Below the pieces are notes generated by a model. The model was not told the DNA's origin. It was given only the letters and a program-made list of their open reading frames with translations, and searched no databases. A stretch of 64,000 nucleotides of DNA from positions 117,490,001 through 117,554,000 of the forward strand of contig OZ024740.1 of assembly GCA_964016885.1 (NCBI GenBank), written 5' to 3'. Source of the DNA: Eledone cirrhosa. Its lineage: Eukaryota. Below are positions 47,432 through 61,578 of the stretch, piece by piece (position 1 is the first letter of the stretch; each line of letters begins with the position of its first letter). A program made the translations under genes and the position numbers.

Positions 47432-47599
47432 ATTATTGGCCCGCTCTTTCTGGGCTGGGATCTGTGATACAGTAACAGCGTCATACGAAAACTATTTAAC
47501 ATAGACACTATTGATAAAATGTCATATATATATATATAAATATATATACATATATACCTTCTATATACTGTACCGAATGCGTTATTTCTATTTACCTCT

Positions 47600-47632
<33 letters not shown>

Positions 47633-47728
47633 TGACATTTTATCAATAGTAGAGTCTATGTTAAATAGTTTTCGTATGACGCTGTTACTTTATCGCAGAC
47701 CCCAGCCCTGAAAGAGCGGGCCAATAAT
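47432..47728. mobile_element. MITE or foldback element with ~93-bp terminal inverted repeats
   Basis: 47432-47524 is the reverse complement of 47633-47728; the spacer is TA-rich. Confidence 0.8.
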
Positions 47729-47930
47729 GGTTTCTTATATAGGCACAAGGCTAGCAATTTTGCGGGAGGGGAAAGTCGATTAAATCAACCCCAGTGTATG
47801 ATTGGTACTTTGTTTTATCGACTCCGTAAGGATGAAAAGCAAAGTTAACCTCGGTGGGATTTGATCATAAACGGTCATAACTATGCTGTAAAACATGTCC
47901 GATGCCCTACCGATACTGCCAATCCGCTGC
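47729..47930 (-). mobile_element. tRNA-derived SINE
   Basis: Same core as 44208-44425. Confidence 0.8.
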
Positions 47931-48642
47931 CCGTCGACCAATAATAGAAGATGTTCTCGACCTGACCAACTTATAAATTTGTATACTGGACAGGAGTCCT
48001 TTACATTCTGCACCAAGTATGAGCCATGTGAGATATCCTGCCTCTGATAAGAGTATAATGTTTGAACCTTCTACATTTGTCGACTACTTTCTCTATTTCT
48101 TTATAAAATTTAGTTTTCTTGGAATTATGAATTCTGCTAGGGTACAAATTCAACGCACACATTGAAGGACGCATCACAGAATATATTACTTGCCCATGAC
48201 GGGAGGATCATGTTATGACATATGCATTACACAATACCGTAACATTTCCAAATAATATATAGCTGAAAGAGAATTAGTATTACAAACATGACAACGATGA
48301 AATTCGAGCACACGTCTACAATGACTGGCGCCTTAGACCACATGAAGTTCGTGAATACTGCGAACAAAACAATAATAACAATTAAGATCTTTGATTCGCA
48401 TAACATGGGTGTGTATAAATACACATATATCAACAGTCGTTCACAATTTGAGTTGAAAACTTCATGATATATATATACTTAAATATGAAATAAAACAGAA
48501 ATCCTATTGTACCACACATTATTAAAGTATTTCACTGTATATACATGTGTGCGTGTGTGTATGTGTGAGTGTTTTCAGAATTATAATCAAAACAAACGGG
48601 GGTGATGAGAGGTTGAAATCATACACCGTTGTCACAAGAAAT

Positions 48643-48724
48643 TGGCAGTGGTGGGATTCGAACCCACGCCCCAAAAGAGATTGGTGCATTAAACCAATGC
48701 CTTAGAACGCTCGGTCATGCTACC
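48643..48724 (-). pseudogene. tRNA-Leu body with AAT anticodon, probable pseudogene
   Basis: GGTAGCATGACCGAGCGTTCTAAGGCATTGGT-TTAATGC-ACCAATCTCTTTTGGGGCGTGGGTTCGAATCCCACCACTGCCA, with two acceptor-stem mismatches. Confidence 0.8.
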
Positions 48725-48837
48725 ACATAAATACAGTCCGTACAGAAACACATACATAATAACATGGTTTGTTGTAAATTATACTTCAAAATATATTGCA
48801 TACATAAATATATAAGGTTATGCTTCAATATATATTA

Positions 48838-49206
48838 CAGACCTGTCAACTTTCCCCGTCCGACGGGGAGATCTCCCACCCACTTTGGGGTGAGTGAGAA
48901 ATTTCTTCTCTTGTGAAAATGGGTTTAGCTTTCGCAGTATCGGGAGAGGGTTGGACGCCATGCTTTCTAGCATAGTTACGTCCCTTTACATTCTGAGTTC
49001 AAATCCCGCCGAGGTTAACTTTGCCTTTCATCCTTACGGGGTCGATAAAATAAAATACCAGTGATGTACTGGATAATTGCTGGCCTTGTGCCTAAAGTAG
49101 AAACAATTATGTAAAATCTCCCTATTTTGCCTCATTTCTCCCCGTTTTGGGACACTTTTTTCAGGGTTTTCCCCGTTTTTTTTTTTTTTAGAGGTTGGCA
49201 TGTCTG
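48838..49206. mobile_element. MITE carrying a nested SINE (48934-49105, +)
   Basis: Ends are CAGACCTGTCAAC and GTTGGCATGTCTG, with ATATTA on both flanks. A SINE-free relative lies at 61385-61578. Confidence 0.8.
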
Positions 49207-50010
49207 ATATTAGATATATACTAATTATTTTATGAATCACGGAATATATTAGAATTGTTCCCCTGTTATCATATAGTTTGAAAAATGTCTCTGTCAACAA
49301 TAGCAGAAGCAGTCAATTAGACAATATGAGTGATAGTTGTACACACACTTATATCATCAAGTCTTATTTATTGCTATAGTACACTCATAGTTTGCAGTTC
49401 CTGAAATAATGTGGTAGTTTGGAAGAGTTTAAAGTACATGTCTCGTTGGGTGATAGGATCGAATCCAACTGCTGCTACTTTGGATTTTTCATAACAGAGA
49501 ATTTTTGAAATAGTTTTTCACTGCTGCTTTTAAGTATCATTTATTGCGAATGCCTCACTTCAAATCGGACCGCTACCTTTTTATGATATCTTTTGTATTA
49601 ACTTTGAAATTCTGCTATACTGTCATGATAGTAAGAGATGGGGAGAGCGGGAGACACGGAGGCAGTGACAGAGGGAGTTTGGTTCCTTTGTGTTCGGACC
49701 TGGTGTATATGCTTCACAGACACCCACTCACACTGATGCACATCTTAAACGTACTTATGCCTACTTTCATATTGTAATTGATATTATACGTTATCAACAA
49801 CTATACCACATAGTTTGCAAAACTTATCTTCTTGTTAAAGCTGGTATGGATCGAGACATTTTTCACAGTATATGAAAAGGAAAAAAACAAAGTAACAATA
49901 CTAATATTTTCCGTGACTCATAAAATATTTAGTTTATATACAATATATATATATATATTGAAACATAACTTATGCAAAACTATGTTATTCTGTTATCCTG
50001 GTATTTGTGT

Positions 50011-50092
50011 TGTAGCGAAGCCGAGCGGTCTAAGGCGCTGGTTTAAGACACCAGTCGCTTTAGAGGCGTGGGTTCGAGTCCCATTGCTCCCA
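50011..50092 (+). pseudogene. tRNA-Leu (AAG) pseudogene
   Basis: GCCGAGCGGTCTAAGGCGCTGGTTTAAGACACCAG...GGGTTCGAGTCCC, with acceptor-stem mismatches. Confidence 0.82.
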
Positions 50093-51575
50093 ATATTTTG
50101 TAACGTCGATGCATTTATGCATTTGACATATAAACCCATTTCTTTTGTTTATAAATCTGAAAACATACACGAATTCGTAAACACACACATATGTTTTACC
50201 TCAAAGATAAAATGAGGTAGAGAAATGTTGATTATTTTTCATTATTTCTGATATGTATATATTGAAAAATGTTTTAATAGGATGTACTATAGATAGATGT
50301 CGTAACTTTTTGTAATTGTTTGGTGCAATATATACTCAAATATATATCTAATGATTTTTAGAAAGCAAATTGTGATTGACAGATGGTACTTGTTGCAAGC
50401 ACAATTGGTATGTTTTATCCAATATGTAGATGTGAAATATTCAAGTTCACGCGTGAACAGAAAATTATAATGTTACAAGTTCAAATATATGACATGATTT
50501 TCTTGTCTGGAAATTTAATTTTACATTGCCTCACATTACCTTGCAGTCAATAAAGGAAAATAGAAAATGTGAAATGAGGGAACGCTATAAATGTGGGTGG
50601 ACGACATAGGCAACCAAGAGACAATGTTTCAAAAGCATTGCTTCAGAAAACAAGTAGCGATACCCACTAGATATGGCATTTCACATTGTGTTTTTTTTTC
50701 CTCAGGCGTAATAACCTCGGCCGGGAAATATGTTCGGTAAATTTCAAAGAAAGTCGCTATAGAATGACTTCTTATTCATGGTTTGACTTATCTAATGTTA
50801 TATGAACACCTGTACTAAATATATGTTATTTTAAAATAATTGTTTCTGCATGAATTCTCATCCAACATAACTTACATTATAATTGTTATTCATTGAAATT
50901 TTAGTACTTAAAAATATTCTCACTAAATTGTGAGTGATGGTTGATACCTGACTGGGTACACACAAGCATCATCAAAAATCTAACCTACTGCTATTATGCA
51001 CTGATATTTTACAGTTTCCGAAATCATGTGGTTTTGTAGTTAAGTTTAAACTGATCGTTTCGAATCACTTACTTAATATTTCTCCCCTTTTTGACCTTCT
51101 TTGGTGTCTCAGAATACGCAGCGTTTGTGCGTCCATCACACGCCTCTTAGGGCAGTTTTCTAATGGGTCCCACTACCTAAAGACCGACTGCGTCTCTTCT
51201 TATCCCGCATGATGTACGGTGCAGTATGTTTGGTTTTATTGAATTCGATCATAATATAGTCTTTGTGGTTTATACGCTACATGCGACCCATTCCCAAGCA
51301 AAAAATTTCTGTCGAGAACACTCGTCTTTAATTTTAAAATTCTTGAGGTAGAATCCCACCTCTGCCAGCTTCTATGTACCTACTATAAAATTCTACTATG
51401 ATTGGTTATAATATTGTTCATGGAGGAATTTAACAAAATCTATGAAAAGAAAAACAAACAATTCTAATATATTCCGTGATTCATAAAATAATTAGTATAC
51501 ATCCATTATAGTTTGCAGTAAAATTTATAAGAGAATATGCTATTATGTATGTAATTCTAAACTCCATATTTATTC

Positions 51576-51656
51576 TGTAGCGTTGCCGAACTGTCTAAGT
51601 AGCTGCTTTATGATACCAGTCTCTTCGCAGGCGTTGTTCGAATTCCACTGCTGCCA
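51576..51656 (+). pseudogene. tRNA-Leu pseudogene
   Basis: GTAGCGTTGCCGA...ACCAGTCTCTTCGCAGGCGTTGTTCGAATTCC...GCTGCCA. Confidence 0.78.
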
Positions 51657-51686
51657 TCGTTGTGTTCCATTTTTCTTTCCAATATA

Positions 51687-52027
51687 CAGGGTGGTCTGAA
51701 ATTCTTGTCCCCCCTTGTCACATATTGTTTTAACTTTCATTATTTTTGGTTTCAATAATATAATACATAATATCTTTAATTATAATATATAATGATAATA
51801 ATATAATTTTCTATTTCAGAGCTCCTACAGTTTGGAAGAGAGGTTGCTTGCAAATGTATGGACACATCATCGCGTGCATTCTGGCAAGAGCATGGAGGGC
51901 GTGCGACATGACTTCTCTGCAAGATTCGGCAAATCCGCTCCTCTGAAGAGGACGATACTGCGATGGGAGCATAAAGTGTTTCTCATTACTTTTTGGTAGG
52001 GGGTGACAAGACTTTCCGACCACCCTG
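51687..52027. mobile_element. Tc1/mariner-type MITE
   Basis: ~30-bp TIR CAGGGTGGTC.GAAA.TCTTGTC.CCCCT, flanked by TA on both sides. Confidence 0.85.
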
Positions 52028-53319
52028 TATATTATTTTGAATTTTTACTTACAATCTAATGTACATCGATTCCTTATGTTGCTGCTATTAACATGACCCT
52101 CCCATCTTATGCAGGCACTATATTGTGGGATAATTTCTTCAGTTTATGCGCCCGGCTGTTCTTCAGCAGATTAGGCAATTCCAGAAAAATAGATTTTAAG
52201 ATGGAATAAAAGAAAAGGAGACACAAAAAGTAGTGGGTCTTAATATATAGCTCTGTTTGGATTGCACATTTCAACTACATCACACAGATAAGGTGGCGAA
52301 AGTATTATCATGGAGATCAGCTAGTGATACCCACAAACTCAACCACACCACCAGGCGTATTACTGAGCATTAAATCATCAATCTTATACATATTTGTATA
52401 ATGAAGTTGAATTTATATAATTTCTTGGGATCTCTAAATAAATCACTAAACATATTTAACCTGTAGAAGCGTTCGTTATGAAAATATCCAAAGCGTCTGT
52501 TGTTTGGTTTTTATGACCTTGGAGTGAGTGAGAATAAAGTGTGTAGTAGAAAATGCAGACTTAGTACTTTTCTTTGCATGGTCAGACCAAGAAGTGGTAA
52601 AATCTAGATTTGTCAGCTTATCAAACTGTAAGTTGAAAATGATTTTGTTTAACAGAATGGGGCACATAAATAGGAGTAGACACACATTGTAGGGTTCGGC
52701 TAAGGTGCTAAATACCCCAGAGACTAGCCCTACTTGAAGAAAAAGAAGAATGGAGGAAGAAAAATTGAAGATCAGGCGAACGTGAAAACAAAAATGGAAG
52801 AAATAAACACCATCTTTCAGCAACGGTTTCTTTGACACTCATGTCCTTTTCCGGTGACTATACCACCTGCAAATTGTTGCTGTGGGTGGCTTCCGAAAAA
52901 CGCCCACTGTTATCAACACCTGCTACTGTTTTTCCTCCACTTACTGTTCCTCTTACTCCTCTTTCTTCATTTTACTATTACTACTGCTGCTGCTACTACT
53001 ACTACTACTACTACTATCGCCATCATAATCAGCGCAGTTCCTATTGACCTCGGCGTTGCTTCTAGTGAGCGATCTGAGGCCTAATACGGAATATATATAC
53101 ATATATGACACCGTAAACGCCATCCTCCTCCTCATTCTGGTCGTAGTCTTCGTTATTGTTGATCTTGTCGTTAGACAGATGCGTGTCGGATTTTTGTTGT
53201 GAATCAAGCGAATATTCCTACTTGCACCATCCACGACTCAGTCGCGCGTTAATTAACATGATGAACTGGGGTTAAACATTAACGTCTAACGAACTGCTCT
53301 GTCGTTGTTGATGTTTATA

Positions 53320-53442
53320 AGCGTGTTGGACTTACGATCATAATGCCGTGGGTTCGATTCCAAGCCTGAGTTGTGTGTCGTATCCTTGAGCAAGACACTT
53401 CGTTTCACGTTGCCTCAGTATACTCAACTGAAAATGAGTACA
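53320..53442 (+). mobile_element. tRNA-derived SINE fragment of a second family (V-domain-like)
   Basis: GGGTTCGATTCC followed by TCCTTGAGCAAGACACTT. Confidence 0.6.
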
Positions 53443-54264
53443 ATCAATAGAAGGAGATCTGTATTTTCAGTCACTTCATGCCACGTTAGCCCGCATAAGC
53501 ACCGACCTGATGAACATCCGGATTGGTGATAGACATTTAACTGTTGATATAACCATCTTTATCGTTTGTTGTTATTTAACTCTGATCAGGTTTAACATAT
53601 GACTAGAGGTTATCTTATATTCTATATTTCATTTTTTAAAAATTAGTTTTAAGGTCCCCACAACTGGTGGAAGTAAGGTAAGAAGATATTTCAAGCCGTA
53701 GAACTTTCCCTAATGTTTACAACAAAATGTATTTTGCTAAAAGCACTTAATGCATAGGAGGTGGTGATAAACCGGGCGACACATTGAGTTCAACTCGTAA
53801 GTCATTTAACGAGACTTTATCTCGGTCTACATTATTCGGTGTCTTTTACTTATTTAAAACACAAAAATGTGCTTTGAGGAAGTTTTGGCTACGATTACTA
53901 ACAAATCCTACAGTTATTATTATTATTACTATTATTTTTGTATTAATAATTCCAAGTAATGAGGAATGTTGATATATTGAGGTGGTTTAAACTGGAGCTA
54001 TTTTAATACTTTTTTCGCCAGTGAAATTAGTGTACGCTGATTGGATGCAATGTAATGTAAAGACGTATATATGTGTAGATGTGTAGAAGTGTTAACACTA
54101 TGTAGTAGGGAGTAGTTTCAATATCATTATGCTTCAAATGGATAATATTTCATACCTGATGCTATTGCGTATTCAGATATTCCAGTTCTTTCCAACTCAT
54201 TGTTAATTCTTTCCTTTTTATGAACTCTCCTCGCCTCTGTCTCTCAACACACACACGCACACGC

Positions 54265-54296
<32 letters not shown>

Positions 54297-55993
54297 TCTC
54301 TATCTTTTTCGATGTGGAATCACCAGGAAGTGATATTCACTGTTGCTGTATCTGTTATTGCTATGTTTTTTCCCATCCTTCAATCGCAAACACATTTAAA
54401 GTAACTTCACACAAATTTATATTATATGTTGGTCTTATTTCAAAACTAACCGAGCAAACCTATGACCAATGGCGTTTCACACCCATCTTTTCACCATAGA
54501 TTGTGTAGCTTGAACGCCTCTGTCCAATGTGTTCTCCCTTTACTAAAATGGTTGTGTGATATGAGGGAAACTTGACTGCTATTTATAGTAGGTCATTGTG
54601 TCTTCCTTTGAAGCTCTATGGTATCCCGTGTTGTTTCACATAGAGCTATTACTAACGAAGGCAGGCACACGAACGCCGCCCCAATTATAGTCAGGGATAA
54701 AATCAATTGAATCAACAACACCTATGGCATTTGCATTTTGCTGTGACAACAGACTTTTCAAAACAAGGCAAGCTATTCTGAAATCAAAGATCTGAACTGA
54801 ATCATTGTAACAGACTGATCTAAGCTAAATACACCCAAGGATAATGTTTTGGTGTTAAACCGAGTGACGAATTAAGTAAACCTTTCAAGAAATTGAAAGG
54901 TCCCTCTAGTGGGCTTGCATGTGGTCTCCACCTCTAAAATTTCGCTCTCGAGCGATTTTGCCTCACTCCTTTAACAGAATGGTCTACGCTAAAAAAACCT
55001 AAGGGCTGTATGATGGAGTTGAACTGTGCGCAGGTTTAAGTAAACCCTTCAAGAATATGAAAATTCCTGCTGAGCGGCTTTCATGTTGTTTCCGTCTACA
55101 AAATCTCATTCACAAGAATTTAGTTGAAGATATTTACCCATGTGATGCACAGTGAGATAAAGGCATAAGTCACGCCGTCGCGAAGTGAACTAAACTATAC
55201 AGCCCTGTATATAGCCAATAGCGTAATAGCAACAAGTGTGACTATATATTGTAAAATGTCAAAATTTGAACAATCATGGATTTCCGGGTTTCAAATTGTG
55301 ACGGGAGGCAATTGATCTAACATCCTTTCTGAATTGATAAGTAAGTACGAGTATCGTGTTTTGCACTCGCTTATTCTGTTACACCATTGATTATATAATG
55401 AGCATATGTTTCAAACAAATGTATTTTGGCAACATCTATATAATCGAACACACACACACATGCACACACAATACATGAACACATGCATACAAACACACAT
55501 GCACACACATACATAACCCCATAAGTACACATCTGTACGCATACACGCACGCATACACACAATCACACGCATACGCATGCATACACTGACAATTACACAC
55601 ATAAACCGGCGCACGCGTAATATAGACACACGTGTATACATACTCATACAAAATCATACACACACACATACAAATACATACTAATACACACATACACATA
55701 CATACGCATAAACACATACACATACTCACGTATAATATTAAGACATGTAGTAGTGGAATGTGAATTGCCGAAAGGCTAAATGCCTCTCAATTTCACTCGT
55801 AAGACATAATTCCGTTGTGACGTCATTAGCTTCAGACACATTACTTTTTGCTTAATGAATTTAACACATTAGCTTCTTTATTCTGGTGGCTAAGAATATA
55901 TTTAATTAAAGCTACCGAAACGTCTTATAATTATTTAAACCTCATTTTCAAAAGGAAAAAAGTGTGCATCGGCTATACTCAGTAATATAATGT

Positions 55994-56040
<47 letters not shown>

Positions 56041-56193
56041 ATATAAATGTATATATATGCATATATAAGTATAAGAACATATGCACAGATAGACATGTGT
56101 GTGTATATGTGAGGTTTTGTGCATGTGTGTGTATGTATGTATATATATATACGTATTTATTTATGTATATATATATGTAGGTATTTATTTATG

Positions 56194-56232
<39 letters not shown>

Positions 56233-56810
56233 AGAGAGAGCGTAAAAGAGAGTATGAGGGGAGATAAAGAGAGTTCTTCAGTGTTTATTCTTAGGCTTGA
56301 GTAAACATAAACAGTACTAAATTTAGATGAACAACCAGATGAACGTGGCAAGTACGGTTGAACTGTTATATCACACAGTAGTTTACACTCAGCAAGCATT
56401 TCAGCTTTCGGCCATATAAATATGATTTTCCCTCATATAAATAGTGGTTTTGTGTAATGCGAGTGGCGGTGTACACACACACACACACACACATACACAC
56501 ACACAATATACGAACACACATGCACACACACACACACGCATACATGCATACATGCGCACACATATATACATGTATACGTGCAAACGTATACATGTGTGAT
56601 GGTGGTTGCTTTTTATCAACTGCAGAAGCTGGATAATTTTATTATGTAATTCGTTGCTTTAAGGTTTCTGCTGTCAAACTTTCAACATTGATTCCATTCT
56701 TCAGGGTTCTAAGAAATAAAATACATACTAAGATTCTTTTCTCCCAATTTACAGTTTTACTAGAGGAGAAGAGTATTAAATTAGTAAAAGAAACCATCGT
56801 CATCATCATT

Positions 56811-57315
56811 GGTGAATTGGCATAATCGGTAGAGGGTTGGACGCCATGCTTTCTAGCATAGTTACGTCCCTTTACAGTCTGAGTTCAAATCCCGCCGAGG
56901 TTAACTTTGCCTTTCATCCTTACGGGGTCGATAAAATAAAGTACCAGTAATGTACTGGGTAATTGCTGGCCTTGTGCCTAAAGTAGAAACAATTATTTTA
57001 TTGAGCAGTAATTGCTGCATGATCAACAGTTCAGTTTCCCGATTCATATACTATGAGGTTGTCCCATGAAATAGGCATTATTGGCATTCCATAAAGGTCA
57101 GTGGATTGGCAGTATCAGTAGCGCGTCGGACAACATGCTGTGTAGCATATAGTTACGTACCTTTAGGTTTTGAGTTCAAATCCCACCGAGTTTAGCTTTG
57201 CTTTTCATTCTTAAGGTGTTGATAAAATAAAGTACCAGTAACGCCCTGGAGTCAGTTTAATCGAATTTTGCCTCCATCAAAATTGTTGGCTTTGTGCCTA
57301 AATCAGAAACCATTA
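56811..57315 (+). mobile_element. Two tRNA-derived SINE copies (56811-56995 and 57100-57315)
   Basis: A-box-like TGGCA..ATC.GTAG, GAGTTCAAATCCC and the shared core and tail. Confidence 0.88.
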
Positions 57316-58360
57316 TTGGTTTTCTATATAGGCGATGAGCTTTGCATTCCAGAAGTTCGCTTTGTAATCTCAAGGTCCTACATTTCATTCCTTTCCGTGG
57401 TACCTTTGAAAAGTGTGTTTTGCCATAGTTTTGAGACCCAAGTTTTGTGAGTGAAGCTGAATAGATGTAATCAGTGTGAAAGGTCCACAGTTTCACAGCT
57501 CCTGTGATTCGAGGCTTCAGACTTATCACACAGTTTTATGCTAAGTGTACATTACAATTGGAACACTAAGTCACTTGCATTAATATACAAAGAATAGGTA
57601 GTTCTGTCGATTGAACAGCTGGTATGTCCATTCTTTGAAATTGAAGACTGAGTTAACCATTTACATGCCATTGATCACTGTCGTGCTTTCAGGGAGATTT
57701 GGCTACTATTTCTTACAGATCAACTGAGCATGTCGAGGCTCCTTCATTGGCTCGTAGGCATTAAAATAAACCAAGTAGGTGTTGAGTAGACGACGTACTC
57801 AGAAACAAAATTTTATTGAATTGTAATTCATCTCTCAGAAAGAGAAAGAAAACCAAAAGCTAGCGGCGATTGTTAGAGGCTCCCCATAAAAAAAAATAAA
57901 TAGTCATGCTTAATGGAAAATCTGATCATTGTTAGCGAAATGTTACAGAAGTTGATAACACCTGTTCATTCAATTTTCTAATTTGTATTCCTTCTGTTTT
58001 CGGTCCGAAGCAAACTTTTACGTAATTCTATCCACACGCAGGCAACATTATTAACAAAATAATAATGTAGTCTATTCAATTAAAACATTCAATTAAAACA
58101 TTACCTGAACCAGGAACCTGTAGATTCGAGGATCCATGGTCTATAAGATAATTAAACACACTAGCAAATAAATAAGTAAAAAGTAAGAAAAATGATAATG
58201 AATAAATGAAATTGATTTCGGATCCTGTCTTGATAGTAAAAAAAAAGCGGCGAATTGGCTGAATCAATAGAATGTCGGATATAATATTTGTGTTATTCGT
58301 TCCAGCTCTCTGTTCCTTGAGCTTGAGTTGAAATCCAGCTAAGGTCACATTTACCTTGCA

Positions 58361-59030
58361 CTTCTTCTTCTTCTTCTTCTTCTTCTGTGAGGGGGATCGC
58401 GGTGACTGACTCCTCAAACACGCCTTTTAACGTATCCTATCAGAAGCAACTTTCTCTAATTTATCCGGATGGATACCCAAGCAGGAACAGCAGAGCTGAT
58501 GGATGTTATCCAGCCACCTTGCTCGAGATCTACCACTGGATCGCCTGGTGATTGGTTTTATACCTAAAATCTGTCCAGCGATAGTTTTCTTGAGACATTC
58601 TAAACACATACTGGTAATTCGGAGCAGGGATCTCTCAATTCAGGTAAGTGACGGATCTACATGGAGCGACTCTCTGATCTCCGAGCTATGCACTCTATCG
58701 AGTAACGTTACTCAAAAAACCCTTTGGAGGAACCCTATTTCGGCCGCTTGTATTTGCGATCGTTTTTCGGTAATTACCCAAGATTTACGACCATAGGTAA
58801 GGTGTGGCATGAGTACCGAAGTGAAGATAATGAGTTCGGTTTTTACACCTACCTCCATTCTTCTGATGACCGAATGCTGAACTGTCTAATTCCTGTAAAA
58901 GCTCCTGCAATTCTTGCACTTGATTCAATCTTCACCCTTCCATCACTCGTGAACACGGCCCCGAGATACCTGAACTTCTCTACCTGCTTCATTGAAACTC
59001 CATTCACACGAAGAGTGCACCGCATCCCTT
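58361..59030 (-). mobile_element. Degenerate RTE-type LINE 3' fragment with (GAA)n tail
   Basis: Minus strand encodes VNGVSMKQVEKFRYLGAVFTSDG and RRSSGRSRARWLDNI; (CTT)n at 58361-58386. Confidence 0.78.
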
Positions 59031-60039
59031 TCTTAATTTCTTTCTCTTTCTCACCTTCTTCTCTTTGAAATAAAAAAAAAACTCGGCTGTGTTCAGATCT
59101 GAAGAGAGATTGGCTACGCTAAATTGAAATGACCGAGAAACGTCCCTACGACCCCATCAGAAGTTAAGAGTCCATCTCAAGGCTTGGTAGAAATGCAGAG
59201 CCTTTTTTCTAAGTCATTCTTTTCCCAAATTTCTAGAGTCATAAGAATGTCAAACTTTCAAGTGGATTGTAAGAGAGTAACAAACACGTCGTAAGAAACA
59301 CTTAACATCAGAATTAGGATAATAAAAATTTCTAATTGGTGTGTTTCACTGTACGAGGGATTACATATGGTGGAGATTAAGTAAGCAGATGTGATAATGT
59401 GAATTTAGGAAGGTGGTGTGGAAGGAGATGGTGGCACGTTTGGGGTGAGGTGGAATTACGTATTTCTTTTTTTTTTTGTTGCTATTATAGGTTTAGGGAG
59501 GGGTTCGCGTGGAAAGAAGTTGATGCTAGAAATATGTTTACGCCATGTTAATGGCACCATTATCCATTTATCTATTTTTCATTAACACACGCGAAATTTT
59601 CACGAAAATATATCTAAACACATACAACACTGATACATACGTACGCACAGATGCACATAACCATACGCCCGCATACATACACAATGGTACATGCACTCGC
59701 ACACAGATAAATGAAGGAAAACACACAAACAAGCAAAATATACATATGCATTTAACTAGTCCTTACATGAAAACATATACATCCCCAACATTTTTTGTGC
59801 TTTACCCCATTCTTTATTACTCTCGCCTATAGGCTTCCCCTCACACATAAGCATATACATTTAAACACATATTCTCGCCCTACATATTCTACATTTCTCT
59901 CTTTTAAACGCTTCCTATTTTCCTTTCATATATATACATTATCTATTTTATAATTTCATATCTCACACCCCTCTGTCGCCTCATTTCTTGTTTCCCTTTT
60001 CATCCTATGATATTAAAGGTACCGTATATCCAGTTCAGT

Positions 60040-60097
<58 letters not shown>

Positions 60098-60288
60098 ATT
60101 GTTTCTACTTTAGGCACAAGGCCAGCAATTACCCAGTGTATTACTGGTACTTTATTTTATCGACCCCATAAGGATGAAAGGCAAAGTTAACCTCGGCGGG
60201 ATTTGAACTCAGAATGGCAAGGGCCGTAACTCAATGCGCCAAAGCATGGCGTCCGGCCCTCTACCGATCCTGCCAATCCACCGCCGCC
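60098..60288 (-). mobile_element. Full-length tRNA-derived SINE inserted in (TA)n
   Basis: GGCGGCGGTGGATTGGCAGGATCGGTAGAG 5' end through the AGTAGAAACAATT tail. Confidence 0.9.
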
Positions 60289-60756
60289 TATATATATATA
60301 TATAATATAAGACCATAACATTCACTTAATTGCGTTACAACTAGTACTTTGATAATTCTATTTATGAGAGAAATATTTCTGAAATGAAGAAACAGCTTTT
60401 GTGTTCGAATGGTACATTAATCAATTTTGTTTGAAGAGCGTTTGAACCATCTAAATATTTATGAAGAGCAGTAGCTAGTGCAAAACATATGCAGACCAAA
60501 TTAGTAAGATTAACAGGGTTCCCCAATAACAGATTAGCTGAGATTGTTGCAAATAGATCTATGGTTAATACCAGCTCATAGCAGACTAAAGATTGTTAAT
60601 TATAAATGAGTTTCCACAAGCATAATCCTGGCATATTACCCACAACACTTAAGTAATGACTCACTGATTCTATTAATCTCGTTAAATATAGGAAAAAAGC
60701 GTTCAATATTATTTTGTGGCAGTGCTTTGAAATAGCCACAGTTCATTGTTTGAAAT

Positions 60757-60760
<4 letters not shown>

Positions 60761-60846
<86 letters not shown>
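60761..60846. repeat. (CA)n microsatellite
   Basis: Seen directly. Confidence 0.97.
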
Positions 60847-61384
60847 AGATTACAAGATTGTCTAGACAAGGGTAGGCAAACCTTTTTGAAAGTGGGTCAG
60901 ATTAGAAATATTTTTGTTTTGCTGGCTAAGACAAATATAAAATGAATCCTTGAAAGGTCATGGAAAGAGTGTGAATTTTAAATTACTTTAATGTTTTTCA
61001 TTATAAGCCTTTAACGTAGAAGAAAATAAATGTTTGTTTTTTTTTCAATAAAATAGATGTTGTTTTGCTTCATTCATTTAAGAAAGTAAAAAAATAATTA
61101 CAGCTTAAAATATGACACATGAACTTTCATCCTTTTACCAAATGGCGGAATCTCATCTTTTTAAAATAAAATATCCATTCATTTGAAGTCAAAGCAAACA
61201 CGATGTTTTTCAATACTGAATTGTATTGTTCGTTTACCAAAGATTGTTGGAAAGTCATAGAATTATTTTTATACAGGGTCACATCCTCATTGAAAAAATT
61301 ATCAATCGCTTCTTTGAAAGTTGTAACAAAGAAAAATCAGCATTTATCTATTTTCAACAATAAACAAAATCACTGATAATTTAC

Positions 61385-61578
61385 CAGACTTATCAATTCT
61401 CCCCGTCCGACGGGGGAGATCTCCTACCCACATTGGAATGGCTGAGAGATGTCTTTTCTTGTGAAAATGGCATAGCATTCATTATGTAAAATCTCCCCAT
61501 TACGCCTCCTTTCTCTCCGTGTTGGGGCACTTTTTTTCATGACCCTCCCTGTTTGGGTTTTAGAGGTTGGCAGGTTTG
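61385..61578. mobile_element. MITE, same family as 48838-49206
   Basis: Shares the internal TCCCCGTCCGACGGGG.AGATCTCC; AATTTAC is repeated on both flanks. Confidence 0.78.

Noticed and set aside
52476-53234. Short ORFs as possible host exons
   Set aside because: They are low-complexity (CTA)n-driven ORFs with no recognisable domain. Small exons cannot be excluded without RNA data.
60866-60930. hAT-like terminus CAAGGGTAGGCAAAC
   Set aside because: I found no matching second end or TSD.
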